A DNA stretch of 64,000 nucleotides from Clostridia bacterium. GTDB taxonomy: Bacteria > Bacillota > Clostridia > Christensenellales > UBA1242. The notes beneath the pieces were generated by a model. It did no database searches, had not been told where the DNA came from, and saw nothing but the letters and a program-made list of their open reading frames with translations. A program made the translations under genes and the position numbers. Numbering within the stretch: position 1 is the stretch's first letter; every line of letters starts with the position of its first letter. Location: positions 13,592-77,591 of the forward strand of contig JAZRSV010000005.1 of the NCBI GenBank assembly GCA_045651685.1, given 5' to 3'. Below, piece after piece: positions 38,618 to 49,034 of this stretch.

Positions 38618-41600
38618 TTATTTTGCATTTTTTACAGCTTCACTCAACTTTACAGAAACAAGTTTTGATACACCTTTTTCTTCCATGGTTACACCATACA
38701 AGCTATCTGCAAGTTCCATAGTTGGCTTACGGTGAGTGATAACGATAAATTGTGTCTCTTGAGAGAAGCGTTTTAGATATGTTGCAAATCTCTCAACATT
38801 GGCATCGTCAAGCGCAGCTTCGATTTCGTCAAGCAAGCAGAAAGGCATTGGTCTTAATCTTAATATTGCAAACAAAATTGCAATAGCAGTAAGTGCCTTT
38901 TCGCCACCACTAAGCAAGGTGATGCTTTGAAGTTTTTTGCCAGGTGGTTCGGCTACAATTTCTACGCCGGCTTGCAAAGGATCATCACTTTCGGTAAGCT
39001 CTAATTTTGCATTACCGCCACCAAACAATTCTTTGAAGATCTTGCTAAAGTTTGCTTGAATTTTTGCAAATTCTGTTTCAAACTTGGTTATCATTTCGGT
39101 AGCAAGTTCTTTTATGATTTGTATTAGATCGTCACGAGCTTTGATCAAGTCTTGAGCTTGAGTATTCATCTCTTCATATCTCTCGCCTACAACTTTGCTC
39201 TCTTCGATAGCGTTAACATTGACATAACCAAGTCGAGAAATTTCTTTCTTTAATCTACCAGCATTGGTGATACCTTCTTGGATGTCATAGTTTTCTTGTT
39301 TTAGCTCTAGACAAGAAGCATATGTAAGTTCGTATTCTTCAAAAATTCTCTCTTGCATTGCCTCAATATCTGTATCGACTTTGGCAAGTGCCATATCTTC
39401 TTGATATTTTTTGTCAAGAGCACGGTTTTGTTCTGAAGTCAAAGAACCTCTTTCTTCATCAAGAGCTTTGTTTTCTGATTGAAGTTTTTGCTTATATTCG
39501 TCTAGACCTGCAAGTTTTGTTTTTACTTGTTCTAGATTTTTTACAGTTTGATCATATTTTGCTTGATCTTGGTTAACTTCAACAATGCTCATAGCACCTT
39601 TTATAGTAGCAGTGACTTTGTTAACAGCTTCGGTAAGATCTTTTATGTTAACTTGTGTTGTCTCGATAAGTTGAGTTAATCTCTCGATCTCTACATCTAG
39701 AGCTACAATTTCGCTCTCAATGCTTGCAATATTGATCTTAATAGATGTCATATCTTCGTGGTATTGATCTCTCTTTACCTTAAGATCATTAAACATCTTT
39801 TGACGAATTTCGATATTTTCTTGTGCATCATCTTTTGATGTATCAAAATTGCCATTATTTTGGTCAACTTGACTAATAGCAGCAGCTATAAGTTGTACAC
39901 GCTCTGCAATTTGGTCACGCTCTTGACACAAAGCTATACGCTCTTTGTCATGTTCTTCGACAAAAATGTTAAATTGATCAAGCATTTGGCTCTTTTGAGC
40001 ATTAGTCACTTGAGTAGAAACTACAAGTTGATTTGCTTGTTCTATTTCGTTATTTAGAGCGATAAATTGCTTGTTTAGGTCAACTTTTAGTTGTTGATAG
40101 TTAGCAAATTTTTCTTTTAATTTTTTTAGTTGAGTTGATATTGTTTCTATCTCTGTATCACGCATTAAGATGTTTGATGTGATTGCTTTTTTACTACCAC
40201 CAGACATAGAACCTTGTGGATTAATAACATCACCATCAAGAGTGACTATCTTAAACGCAAAGCTACTCTTCTTTGCAAGGTTAACAGCATCATTAATGTC
40301 ATTTACGATAACTGTTCTACCAAGCAATGAGTTAAATACATTGCTAAGTGACTTGTCAAATTTGATAATAGAACTAGCTACGCCATAGCAGTTTTTAACC
40401 TTGATCATAAGTTCTTCGGCAGAATTTAGACCTTTTGGTTTCATTGTAGCTATTGGCAAGAATGTTGCTCTACCCAAATTGTTTTGTTTGAGATAATTAA
40501 TAAGATCTTTGCTGTCTTGCTCGTTGCTGGTTATGATATTTTGTATAGCATTGCCCAAAGCGACCTCAATAGCTGTTTCAAAACCTTGAGGTATAGTCAT
40601 ACTAGATGCTACCAAACCTACTATTTTTTCTTTTAACATACGGTTTGATTCGCTATCTTGCATCAATCTTTTAACGCTATAGTTAAAACCATCATAATCT
40701 CTTTGCATATCTTCTAATACTTTTTTGCGGTTTTCTAAAATTTGAATATTAGAAGAAGTATTGTTAAGATCTTCTTGATTTTCGTCTATTTGTTGTTTTA
40801 GAGCTGATAATTTTTCATTTTTCTCATCAAGACTCTTTCTTGCACTAACATATTGGTCGTATGATTTTTGTGCATCAGCTTCTACTTGCTTGCGCTCGCT
40901 TTGACGAGAAGAGATTTTTTGATTTATAACTTCTATTTTTTTGTCAAGCTCGGTTAAGTTTGCAGTATAAGCTTCTTTTTCTGCCTTTAGAGCAGACAAG
41001 TTAGACTTGATATCAGTTAACTTTGATAAAGCATCTATCATTTGGCGTTGCTTTTCGCTAGCCTCTTCTTCGCTTTGTGTTAGTTGATCTACTATTGCTA
41101 GATACTTGTTAGAGATCTCTTCTGATTGCTTGCGCAAAGACTCCAAAAGTGCTTGTTGGCTCACCTTTTTGTTTTTGTTAGCTTCTAACAACAACTCTGC
41201 ATTTTGCATATTCATTTGTTGTTTGTTTAGCTCTGCAGATTTTTGTTGTTGCTCTTCTGTCAAAAATTTAATACGCTCTTTGACAAGGTTTGCCTCACCT
41301 GCTCGCTTTTCTAGGCTAACGGTTAGTGTTAATATTTGCTCGTGCAAGTCTTCGATAGTTTTATCAATTTTATCTACTTCTTGCATATTTTCGTTATATT
41401 TACGGTTAGCTGCGTCAATACTGCTTTGTTTTAGGCCAATTTCTTCAAGCAACGCATCAATACGATTTTGAATTTTTTGCTTTGTTTCGCTAGCTGTTTC
41501 GTATTGATAAATGTAGTTGTTAACTTCATAATTTTTTAGATCTTGTTTTAGTTCAAGATATTTTTTTGCGTTTTCGGCTTGCTTTTTTAATGGTCCAAGT

Positions 41601-42202
41601 TGACGCTCCAACTCTGCCAATACGATTTGTACTTGACCCAAGTTGTCTTGTGTACGCTCCAACTTGCGCTCTGCTTCTACCTTACGAGACTTAAATTTTG
41701 AAATGCCTGCAGCTTCTTCAAATATTGCACGGCGGTTTTCTGGTTTAGAACTGATAATTTCTTCTACCTTACCTTGACCGATAATAGAATAACCATCACG
41801 ACCAATACCAGAGTCATGCAAAGCATTTACTATATCTTTTAGTCTGCAAGGAGTACGGTTGATAAGATATTCACTCTCACCAGAACGATACAACTTACGA
41901 GTAAGCACGATTTCATTAAAGTCTAGGTTAAAGTTGCGTTGTGTATTGTCAAAAACAAGCGAAACTTCGCAGTAGCTTAAACTTTTTCTTTTTTCGGTAC
42001 CATTAAAGATAACATCTTGCATGCTAGAACCACGCAAAAGCTTGGTTGATTGCTCACCCAAAACCCAACGGATAGCATCGGCAACATTACTCTTACCACA
42101 ACCGTTAGGACCAACGATAGCTGTGATACCTGGTTCAAATTTTATTGTTAACTTGTCTGCAAATGACTTAAAACCAGCAAGTTCTATTTGTTTGAAATTC
42201 AC
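38618..42202 (-). CDS. smc: Chromosome segregation protein SMC
   Basis: GFKSF, GPNGCGKSN, hinge GRATFLP, LSGGEK, LLDEIEAALD. Confidence 0.98.
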   Translation of the reverse strand: MNFKQIELAGFKSFADKLTIKFEPGITAIVGPNGCGKSNVADAIRWVLGEQSTKLLRGSSMQDVIFNGTEKRKSLSYCEVSLVFDNTQRNFNLDFNEIVLTRKLYRSGESEYLINRTPCRLKDIVNALHDSGIGRDGYSIIGQGKVEEIISSKPENRRAIFEEAAGISKFKSRKVEAERKLERTQDNLGQVQIVLAELERQLGPLKKQAENAKKYLELKQDLKNYEVNNYIYQYETASETKQKIQNRIDALLEEIGLKQSSIDAANRKYNENMQEVDKIDKTIEDLHEQILTLTVSLEKRAGEANLVKERIKFLTEEQQQKSAELNKQQMNMQNAELLLEANKNKKVSQQALLESLRKQSEEISNKYLAIVDQLTQSEEEASEKQRQMIDALSKLTDIKSNLSALKAEKEAYTANLTELDKKIEVINQKISSRQSERKQVEADAQKSYDQYVSARKSLDEKNEKLSALKQQIDENQEDLNNTSSNIQILENRKKVLEDMQRDYDGFNYSVKRLMQDSESNRMLKEKIVGLVASSMTIPQGFETAIEVALGNAIQNIITSNEQDSKDLINYLKQNNLGRATFLPIATMKPKGLNSAEELMIKVKNCYGVASSIIKFDKSLSNVFNSLLGRTVIVNDINDAVNLAKKSSFAFKIVTLDGDVINPQGSMSGGSKKAITSNILMRDTEIETISTQLKKLKEKFANYQQLKVDLNKQFIALNNEIEQANQLVVSTQVTNAQKSQMLDQFNIFVEEHDKERIALCQERDQIAERVQLIAAAISQVDQNNGNFDTSKDDAQENIEIRQKMFNDLKVKRDQYHEDMTSIKINIASIESEIVALDVEIERLTQLIETTQVNIKDLTEAVNKVTATIKGAMSIVEVNQDQAKYDQTVKNLEQVKTKLAGLDEYKQKLQSENKALDEERGSLTSEQNRALDKKYQEDMALAKVDTDIEAMQERIFEEYELTYASCLELKQENYDIQEGITNAGRLKKEISRLGYVNVNAIEESKVVGERYEEMNTQAQDLIKARDDLIQIIKELATEMITKFETEFAKIQANFSKIFKELFGGGNAKLELTESDDPLQAGVEIVAEPPGKKLQSITLLSGGEKALTAIAILFAILRLRPMPFCLLDEIEAALDDANVERFATYLKRFSQETQFIVITHRKPTMELADSLYGVTMEEKGVSKLVSVKLSEAVKNAK

Positions 42203-42203
42203 T

Positions 42204-42875
42204 TTAGTTTTCCTTTTTATTTAATATTTGTATACAGTTTTTTGCAGCTTCTATCTCGGCAAGCTTTTTTGATTTGCCATAGCCGCACGCCATAAACTGT
42301 TGATTGATATAAACTTCACTCTTAAAGGCAAATTGCTCATTGTCACTTTCACAACTTTTATAACTTAATTTGTCTTGAGGATTGTGTTGTACCAACTCTT
42401 GTAGAGTGGTCTTGTAGTCTATATTGTTTTGTAAAAAGTCTTTTATTAAACTGTCTACATCCAAAAATCTAAATATAAATTTTTTAGCTTCGTCTATACC
42501 ACCATCAAGGTATATAGCACCAAGCAAAGCTTCGTACAAATCAGCTTTTATCGAAGAAAAATCGGTATTTGTCTGCTTTAACAAACTACTACCAAGTTTT
42601 ACATAGTCAAACAAACCCAACTTGTCAATAACTTGTTTTAGAGTGCTGGCACTAACAAGTTGAGCTTTTAATTTAGAAAGTTTACCTTCTGGGTCAGCAA
42701 GATAGTTGTATAGGTATTCGCTCATCACAAAACCAAGTATACTATCCCCCAAAAACTCTAATCTTTCGTTGCTTTTTGTATTATGTTCGTTAGCATAAGA
42801 AGAATGTGTAAAGGCATTTTCTATCAAAGATACATCTCTAAAGTTGTATCCGATAGTCAAATATACTTGTTTCAT
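42204..42875 (-). CDS. rnc: Ribonuclease III
   Basis: NERLEFLGD, ADLYEAL.GAIYLD, dsRBD DYKTTLQE. Confidence 0.96.
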   Translation of the reverse strand: MKQVYLTIGYNFRDVSLIENAFTHSSYANEHNTKSNERLEFLGDSILGFVMSEYLYNYLADPEGKLSKLKAQLVSASTLKQVIDKLGLFDYVKLGSSLLKQTNTDFSSIKADLYEALLGAIYLDGGIDEAKKFIFRFLDVDSLIKDFLQNNIDYKTTLQELVQHNPQDKLSYKSCESDNEQFAFKSEVYINQQFMACGYGKSKKLAEIEAAKNCIQILNKKEN

Positions 42876-43885
42876 TATTCTACTATTTCCTTGCTCAAAC
42901 TCTCTTCTATAGTTGTAATAAAGTTTGTGCTGTGCATCTTAACAATATTTTCGATACTTCTAAATATTGCCAAAGCATCACTAGAACCATGAGATTTTAT
43001 AACCAACTTTCTTATACCCAAAAATGGTGAGCCACCATAATTGTTATAGTTAAGGTCTGCTTTGATATTTTTGAAAGCTTTGTTCATAAACAAATAGCCA
43101 AACTTTGCACTTGCGCTTGCCTTAATGTTCTTTTTTACAACTTTCATAGCAAACAAAATAGCACCTTCGGTTGATTTTAGCAAGATATTGCCATAAAAAC
43201 CATCAGTCACAACTACATCGTATTTGCCACTTAAAAAGTCTCTTGCTTCCATATTGCCTACAAAGTTAATGTTAGGCATCTTTTTTAACTCTTCAAAGCA
43301 CTCTTTGGTAAACTCATTGCCTTTTTTGTCTTCTACACCAATATTAAGCAAAGCTACTCTGGGATTTTCTACCCCACATACTTGCTTCATGTACACACTG
43401 CCCATAAGAGCAAAGTGACAGATGTTAAGAGATTTACAATCTACATTGGCACCCGCGTCTACAAGCAAAACTCTACCACCATCTTGTGTTGGCAACAATG
43501 GTGACAAACAAGGGCGAGAAATACCCCTAATTCTACCAATTTTTAAGAACGAGCCAGTTAATACTGCGCCGGTAGAACCAGTAGAAACCAAACCAACAAC
43601 ATCTTTGTCAGCCTTTAGTGTGTCAAAAGCTTTTACCATAGAAGAATCGGTTTTTTGTTTTATCGCCTCGGTTGGCACATCGGTATTAAGAACCTCTTGT
43701 GTACAGCCGATAACTTGCACGCGATCGCCTGTATAGTTTAGCTCTTTTAGTGCTTGATCAATTTGATCTTGATAGCCGGTAAGAACAACTGTTAGGTCGT
43801 CAAAAGCTTCTACACCTCTTACTGCACCTAATACTATTTCTTTGCAGCCATTATCAGCACCACAAGTATCGATTACTATTTTCAT
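42875..43885 (-). CDS. plsX: Phosphate acyltransferase PlsX
   Basis: IVID..G.D, DAGANVD, LLNIGVE..KG, DGFYGNI.LK, KSHGSS. Confidence 0.95.
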   Translation of the reverse strand: MKIVIDTCGADNGCKEIVLGAVRGVEAFDDLTVVLTGYQDQIDQALKELNYTGDRVQVIGCTQEVLNTDVPTEAIKQKTDSSMVKAFDTLKADKDVVGLVSTGSTGAVLTGSFLKIGRIRGISRPCLSPLLPTQDGGRVLLVDAGANVDCKSLNICHFALMGSVYMKQVCGVENPRVALLNIGVEDKKGNEFTKECFEELKKMPNINFVGNMEARDFLSGKYDVVVTDGFYGNILLKSTEGAILFAMKVVKKNIKASASAKFGYLFMNKAFKNIKADLNYNNYGGSPFLGIRKLVIKSHGSSDALAIFRSIENIVKMHSTNFITTIEESLSKEIVE

Positions 43886-44048
43886 ACAAACTCCTATTGC
43901 AGAAATTTACTTGATAATAGTTTTAGCAACAAACCTATTGTCAAGTACACTTCTTGCATTTTTACATAATACATTTTATTATACATAAATATATATTATT
44001 TAACAACTAATTACGCACAATTTTGGATATTTTTTCTACATATAGCAA

Positions 44049-44078
44049 CAAAAAAAAGACTACAAATGTAGTCTTTTT
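44049..44078 (-). terminator. Terminator after rpmF
   Basis: AAAAAGACTACA-aa-TGTAGTCTTTTT. Confidence 0.8.
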
Positions 44079-44122
44079 GTATGCATTTTTATGGGTTAGC
44101 AAAACCCAAAGGCAAAATATAA

Positions 44123-44317
44123 TTATTTAGATTCTTTCTTTTCTTTTTTTGCTACTACTTCTTTGCCATCATAGTATCCACAGTTTTTGCAAACAACATG
44201 AGGTTGTTTAGCTTCTTTACAATGTGGGCATTCTACAAGAGTAGGAGCTGTTGCCTTCCAATTAGCATTGCGAGAATTTCTTCTTGCTTTTGATACTTTT
44301 GTTTTTGGTACTGCCAT
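44123..44317 (-). CDS. rpmF: 50S ribosomal protein L32 (Zn-binding form)
   Basis: MAVPK.KVSK.RR, CPHC...HVVC..CGYY. Confidence 0.97.
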   Translation of the reverse strand: MAVPKTKVSKARRNSRNANWKATAPTLVECPHCKEAKQPHVVCKNCGYYDGKEVVAKKEKKESK

Positions 44318-44329
44318 TTCACTATCCCC

Positions 44330-44842
44330 CTAATTATTTTTATCCAAATTTTTTAATTTGTAAAATGGATTATTTTGTTTTTCTAGTTCTGCTTCTATAT
44401 CTTCACAACTACATTGGTAGTTATTAAGATTTTTGCCACAGTGTCTACACAAACCTTTGCAATCAGGTTTACACATCATCTTTGATGGCAAACTAACTAA
44501 AAGATTGTCTATTAGTGGTTTTGAAATATCTACTGTGTTAGAACCTAATTCGTAATAATTACTAAATTCGTCAAGCGAGTTTGCAAAAGTTTCTTCAACA
44601 TCAAAGTCTATTGTATAAACAAACTCTTCGCCACAGGCATCACACATAACATTAAGCTTTGCTTGGGCTTTTGCAAAAACTTTTAGGGTTTCAAACTCAT
44701 AAATCATTGTACCAATAAGTTTGACATCTTGAACAAATGTATAACCTCTAAAGGCTATTAATTCGTTGTCAATTGGTACTTGCAAATCTATATCAATTTG
44801 TTTGCCTTGATTAAATTGTGCTTGTTGAAAATTTAATAACAT
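44330..44842 (-). CDS. yceD: YceD/DUF177 protein
   Basis: CDAC, C.PDCKGLC..CG.NLN; upstream of rpmF. Confidence 0.9.
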   Translation of the reverse strand: MLLNFQQAQFNQGKQIDIDLQVPIDNELIAFRGYTFVQDVKLIGTMIYEFETLKVFAKAQAKLNVMCDACGEEFVYTIDFDVEETFANSLDEFSNYYELGSNTVDISKPLIDNLLVSLPSKMMCKPDCKGLCRHCGKNLNNYQCSCEDIEAELEKQNNPFYKLKNLDKNN

Positions 44843-44903
44843 ATAAAACCACTGTGTATATTATATACAAATAAAACAATTTGTCAACACTTTTTGATAA
44901 GGT

Positions 44904-46100
44904 TTATTTGCCTTCTACTAGTTTTTTGGTTTCTCTAGCGATCAAAATTTCTTCGTCGGTAGGTACTACATAAACAGCTACTTTTGAAGTTGGTTTAGAG
45001 ATTAGGCATACTTCACCTCTAGTAAAGTTGCGATTTGCATCAAAGTCAAAGTCAACACCCAAAAACTCCATATCTGCCATAACAGCTTCTCTAACATCGT
45101 CACGGTTTTCACCACTACCAGCTGTAAATGTGATAACATCTACACCACCCATAGCTGCTGCATAAGCACCAATGTACTTTTTAACTCTATAATTAAACAT
45201 ATCAAGAGCAAGTCTAGCTCTGTCGTTGCCTTCTTTGCTAGCTTTGATAACATCTCTGATATCGCTTGATACACCACTAACACCCAAGAAACCACTCTTT
45301 TTGTTAGCAGCATTGATAACTTCTTTAATAGACATACCAGTGTTGTCCATCATATATTCGGCTACTGCCATATCGATGTCACCACAACGGCTACCCATCA
45401 TAAGACCTTCTAGTGGAGTTAGACCCATAGAAGTATCTACACACTTACCATTTTTGATAGCACAAACGCTTGCACCATTGCCCAAGTGGCAGTTGATAAC
45501 TTTTAGATCAGATCTACCAGTGATACGCTCTACTTCGCTAGAAATAAAGTCATGGCTCATACCGTGGAAACCATATTTTCTAACGCCATATTTTTCTAAC
45601 CATTCGTATGGTACTGGATAAGTATAAGCATAATCTGGCATAGTTGCATGAAAACCAGTGTCAAACAAAGCAACATTTGGTTTACCAGGCATAACTTGTT
45701 GACAAGCTTTTACACCAAGGATATTTGGTGGCATATGCAAAGGTCCAAGTGGAACTAATTTTTCTAGATTAGCCATAACTTCGTCTGTGATCAAAGTTGC
45801 TTTGTTATAAATAGTACCACCATGCAATACTCTGTGACCAATAGCACCGATCTCATCAAGAGATTTGATAGCGCCGATGTTTTGATCTTGCAATGTCTTT
45901 AGTACAAGTTCGATACCTTGTTCGTGATTGCTCAATTGTTGTTCGATTAGATGAGCTTGTCCGTTAATTTTGTGTGTTAGTTGAGAACCTTGCAAACCGA
46001 TTTTTTCTACCAAACCTTTTGCAACTACTTTCTCATTGTCCATGTCAATAAGCTGATATTTTATAGAGCTGCTACCAGCATTAATTACTAAAACTTTCAT
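44904..46100 (-). CDS. ackA: Acetate kinase
   Basis: VINAGSSS.K, GHRVLHGG, YGFHG, HLGNGAS, TDEE. Confidence 0.97.
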   Translation of the reverse strand: MKVLVINAGSSSIKYQLIDMDNEKVVAKGLVEKIGLQGSQLTHKINGQAHLIEQQLSNHEQGIELVLKTLQDQNIGAIKSLDEIGAIGHRVLHGGTIYNKATLITDEVMANLEKLVPLGPLHMPPNILGVKACQQVMPGKPNVALFDTGFHATMPDYAYTYPVPYEWLEKYGVRKYGFHGMSHDFISSEVERITGRSDLKVINCHLGNGASVCAIKNGKCVDTSMGLTPLEGLMMGSRCGDIDMAVAEYMMDNTGMSIKEVINAANKKSGFLGVSGVSSDIRDVIKASKEGNDRARLALDMFNYRVKKYIGAYAAAMGGVDVITFTAGSGENRDDVREAVMADMEFLGVDFDFDANRNFTRGEVCLISKPTSKVAVYVVPTDEEILIARETKKLVEGK

Positions 46101-46110
46101 ATTTTTCTCC

Positions 46111-47109
46111 TTAACTAATTTGTGTTTGCAACGCTGTAACAGCTGTTAGCAAAACGATATCATCAACATTGCAGCCACGAGACAAATCGTTGACTGGTTT
46201 GTTAAAGCCTTGTTGTATTTGACCTACTGCTTGCAATCTGCCAAATCTTTCTGCAATTTTGTATCCGATGTTGGCACTGTTTAGATCTGGGAAGACCAAA
46301 ACATTAGCTTCGCCAGCAACTTTGCTCTTTGGTGCTTTTAGTTTACCAACAGATTTTACTACAGATGCATCAAATTGCAATTCGCCATCAACAAGCAAAT
46401 TTTTGTCTTTTTTCTTAATAATCTCTAAAGCTTCTTTCATCTTTAGTATGCTTGGGTGATCACCACCACTACCATAACTAGAAAAAGATAGTAGAGAAAC
46501 TTTTGGAGTTATTTGTGCAAGCAATTTTGCAGTGTCTACTGTTGCAAAAACTATATCACTAAGTTGCTCACTTGTTGGGTCTATATTAAGACTTGTGTCT
46601 GTAAAGAAAATAGTGTTATTTTCGCCATATCCTAATTTTTGAGTACCAACAAACATTGTGCAAGAAGATATTGTATTAATACCTTTTTTTGCTTTAATAA
46701 TTTGCAAGCCTGGTCTTAACGAATCTGCAGTAGAAGTTTCTGCACCACCCAAAGTGCCATCAGCATAGTCACATTGAACCATCATAGCAGCAAAATAAAA
46801 TGGGTTGTCAGTCACCAAAGCTGTTGCTTGTTCGATAGTCATGCCTTTTGCTTTGCGCATCTCATAAAATTTTTCTGCAAACTCTTTTGTAAGTTCGCTA
46901 TCTTTTGGGTTAATAATTGTAGCACCTTTAAGATTAAAACCCTTGTTTAGTATAACTTCTGGGTCACCTATAAGTATAGGTCTAGCAATATGTTTTTTTA
47001 GGACTTTTTCTACAGCGCCCAAAACTCTGTCACTAAAAGCTGCTTCTGGATAAACTACTGACTTGTTTAATGCGGCAGCTCTTTTTAATAAGTTTTTTAC
47101 CTTAAACAT
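46111..47109 (-). CDS. pta: Phosphate acetyltransferase
   Basis: LLSFSSYGS, DGELQFDA, FPDLN.ANIGYK, NDLSRG; adjacent to ackA. Confidence 0.93.
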   Translation of the reverse strand: MFKVKNLLKRAAALNKSVVYPEAAFSDRVLGAVEKVLKKHIARPILIGDPEVILNKGFNLKGATIINPKDSELTKEFAEKFYEMRKAKGMTIEQATALVTDNPFYFAAMMVQCDYADGTLGGAETSTADSLRPGLQIIKAKKGINTISSCTMFVGTQKLGYGENNTIFFTDTSLNIDPTSEQLSDIVFATVDTAKLLAQITPKVSLLSFSSYGSGGDHPSILKMKEALEIIKKKDKNLLVDGELQFDASVVKSVGKLKAPKSKVAGEANVLVFPDLNSANIGYKIAERFGRLQAVGQIQQGFNKPVNDLSRGCNVDDIVLLTAVTALQTQIS

Positions 47110-47193
47110 AAAAACTCCTTAATTTGTTTGTAAAGACTGAAATATTCAGATATAATAACTATATACCAAGATTAAAAAAAAGTAAAATGTTTT

Positions 47194-48441
47194 ATGAAAA
47201 GTCAAAAAATTTGTGCAATAATTTGCGAATATAACCCACTACATAACGGGCACCAATATCTTATACAAAAAGCTAAAGAATTGTCTGGCTGTTCTTATGT
47301 CATGTGTATTATGAGTGGCAACTTTACACAGCGTGGCGACATTGCCATTTTGAACAAGCACAGCAGAGCTAGACTAGCATTGCAAGCTGGCGCAGATGTA
47401 GTTGTTCAGATACCTACTGCATATGCATCATGCTCGGCAGAAGTCTTTGCCCTAGCAGGGGTAAAAATTGCAAATAGCTTTAACAATGTCACTCACTTGT
47501 GCTTTGGTAGCGCTTATAATGAGATAGAGCCTTTGTACCAAATTGCCACCTATCTTGCAAAAGAACCAAAAGAATACAAAAAGCTACTAAAAGCATACCT
47601 TGACAAAGGCAATAGCTATAACATAAGCAAAACTAATGCCCTAGTAGATTTGGCAAAAAGCAACAAAGATCTACCACAAGATATAAAAGAAGTTTTGTCA
47701 AACTCTAACAACATACTTGGCATAGAATATCTAAAAGCGATTATCAGTACAAATAGCAAAATTACACCAATAACAATAAAGCGTGTTGGCGAGCAATTTA
47801 ATAGCGAAAAATTGTCAGAATTTTGCAGTGCTACAGCAATACGAAAAGAACTATATAAGTCAAAAAATACCAAAAATATTGCAAAAACAATGCCAGACAA
47901 CATCTTTGAAAGTTTTAGACAATATATAGTTAACCAAGGACTTGTCAACCAAGACTTGTACGAAGAATTGCGACTTTTTAGAATAAGAACTGCCAACCTT
48001 GCAGATTTGCAACAAGTTTTTGATGTGTCAGAAGGTTTAGAAAATAGACTTTATAATTTATCAAAACAAAGTGACAACTACACCAATTTTATCAAACAAG
48101 TTCAAACAAAACGCTACAGCGAAAGTAAAATAAACAGAGTTATAACTGGTTATATGTTGGGCATAGACAAAAAAGTTGTTGAGCAAATTTATAAGATATC
48201 TCACTTGCCATATATCAAAGTTTTGGCTGTTAGAAAAAATAGAGTTCTTAATAACTTGCAAGCAAAAACTAGTGTTATTGTTAGAACCAACGATACAAGC
48301 AAAACAACCAACTACCTATACAATAAACTAACCAATATAGAAGATAATGCAGATAGCATATATGCGCAATTAACCAACTCACGCATAGTTAACTTGCCAT
48401 ATCTATCTCAACCACCAATAATAGATAGCAATTTGGATTAA
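47194..48441 (+). CDS. tmcAL: tRNA(Met) cytidine acetate ligase (YlbM family)
   Basis: EYNPLHNGH, MSGNFTQRG, SNNILGIEY, SATAIR. Confidence 0.92.
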   Translation: MKSQKICAIICEYNPLHNGHQYLIQKAKELSGCSYVMCIMSGNFTQRGDIAILNKHSRARLALQAGADVVVQIPTAYASCSAEVFALAGVKIANSFNNVTHLCFGSAYNEIEPLYQIATYLAKEPKEYKKLLKAYLDKGNSYNISKTNALVDLAKSNKDLPQDIKEVLSNSNNILGIEYLKAIISTNSKITPITIKRVGEQFNSEKLSEFCSATAIRKELYKSKNTKNIAKTMPDNIFESFRQYIVNQGLVNQDLYEELRLFRIRTANLADLQQVFDVSEGLENRLYNLSKQSDNYTNFIKQVQTKRYSESKINRVITGYMLGIDKKVVEQIYKISHLPYIKVLAVRKNRVLNNLQAKTSVIVRTNDTSKTTNYLYNKLTNIEDNADSIYAQLTNSRIVNLPYLSQPPIIDSNLD

Positions 48442-48456
48442 AGGAGAATAACAAAA

Positions 48457-48951
48457 ATGCCAAAGAGAACTAATTATATTAACTGGGACGAATATTTTAT
48501 GGGGGTTGCGCTACTTGCTGCCAACCGTAGCAAGGACCCAAACTCACAAGTAGGATGCTGTATAGCAACTAGCGACAATGTTATTGTTTCTGTAGGTTAT
48601 AATGGCTTTCCTAGAGGCTGCAGCGATGATGATTTGCCATGGGAGCGCGAGGGCGAATACCAAGATACAAAATACCCTTATGTAGTACATGCAGAACTTA
48701 ATGCCATACTTAACGCAACCGAAAAGAACTTGCATGGTTGCAAGTTGTATGTCACACTATTCCCTTGCAATGAATGTTGCAAAGCTATTATCCAAAGCGG
48801 CATCACAAAAGTATTTTACTTAAGTGACAAATATGCTACAAGCAAAGAAACTATCGCATCAAAACGCATGTTTAATCTTGCAGGCATACAAACAGAACAA
48901 CTAAAAACATCTATCGATAGTTTGACAATTAACTACAAAGTAGAAAAATAA
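48457..48951 (+). CDS. dCMP deaminase
   Basis: WDEYFM, RSKDP, GYNG, HAE..., PCNEC. Confidence 0.93.
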   Translation: MPKRTNYINWDEYFMGVALLAANRSKDPNSQVGCCIATSDNVIVSVGYNGFPRGCSDDDLPWEREGEYQDTKYPYVVHAELNAILNATEKNLHGCKLYVTLFPCNECCKAIIQSGITKVFYLSDKYATSKETIASKRMFNLAGIQTEQLKTSIDSLTINYKVEK

Positions 48952-48955
48952 TAAT

Positions 48956-48984
48956 AAAAAACAGTGGCAATCCACTGTTTTTTT
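48956..48984 (+). terminator. Terminator after the dCMP deaminase gene
   Basis: AAAAAACAGTGG-caat-CCACTGTTTTTTT. Confidence 0.8.
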
Positions 48985-48999
48985 GTTGCCTTCTTGAAA

Positions 49000-49028
49000 G
49001 CATAAAGACAAAAAACAACTCATAATTT
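49000..49028 (+). promoter_or_regulatory. SigmaE-like (sporulation) promoter of ylbJ
   Basis: GCATA-16 nt-CATAATTT; ylbJ is sigmaE-dependent in B. subtilis. Confidence 0.6.
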
Positions 49029-49034
49029 ATTAAT

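Noticed and set aside
43886-44122. Hidden sRNA or tRNA in the larger AT-rich intergenic regions (also 14740-14910 and 50821-51085)
   Set aside because: Only promoters and terminators were recognisable, with no cloverleaf or extended structure.
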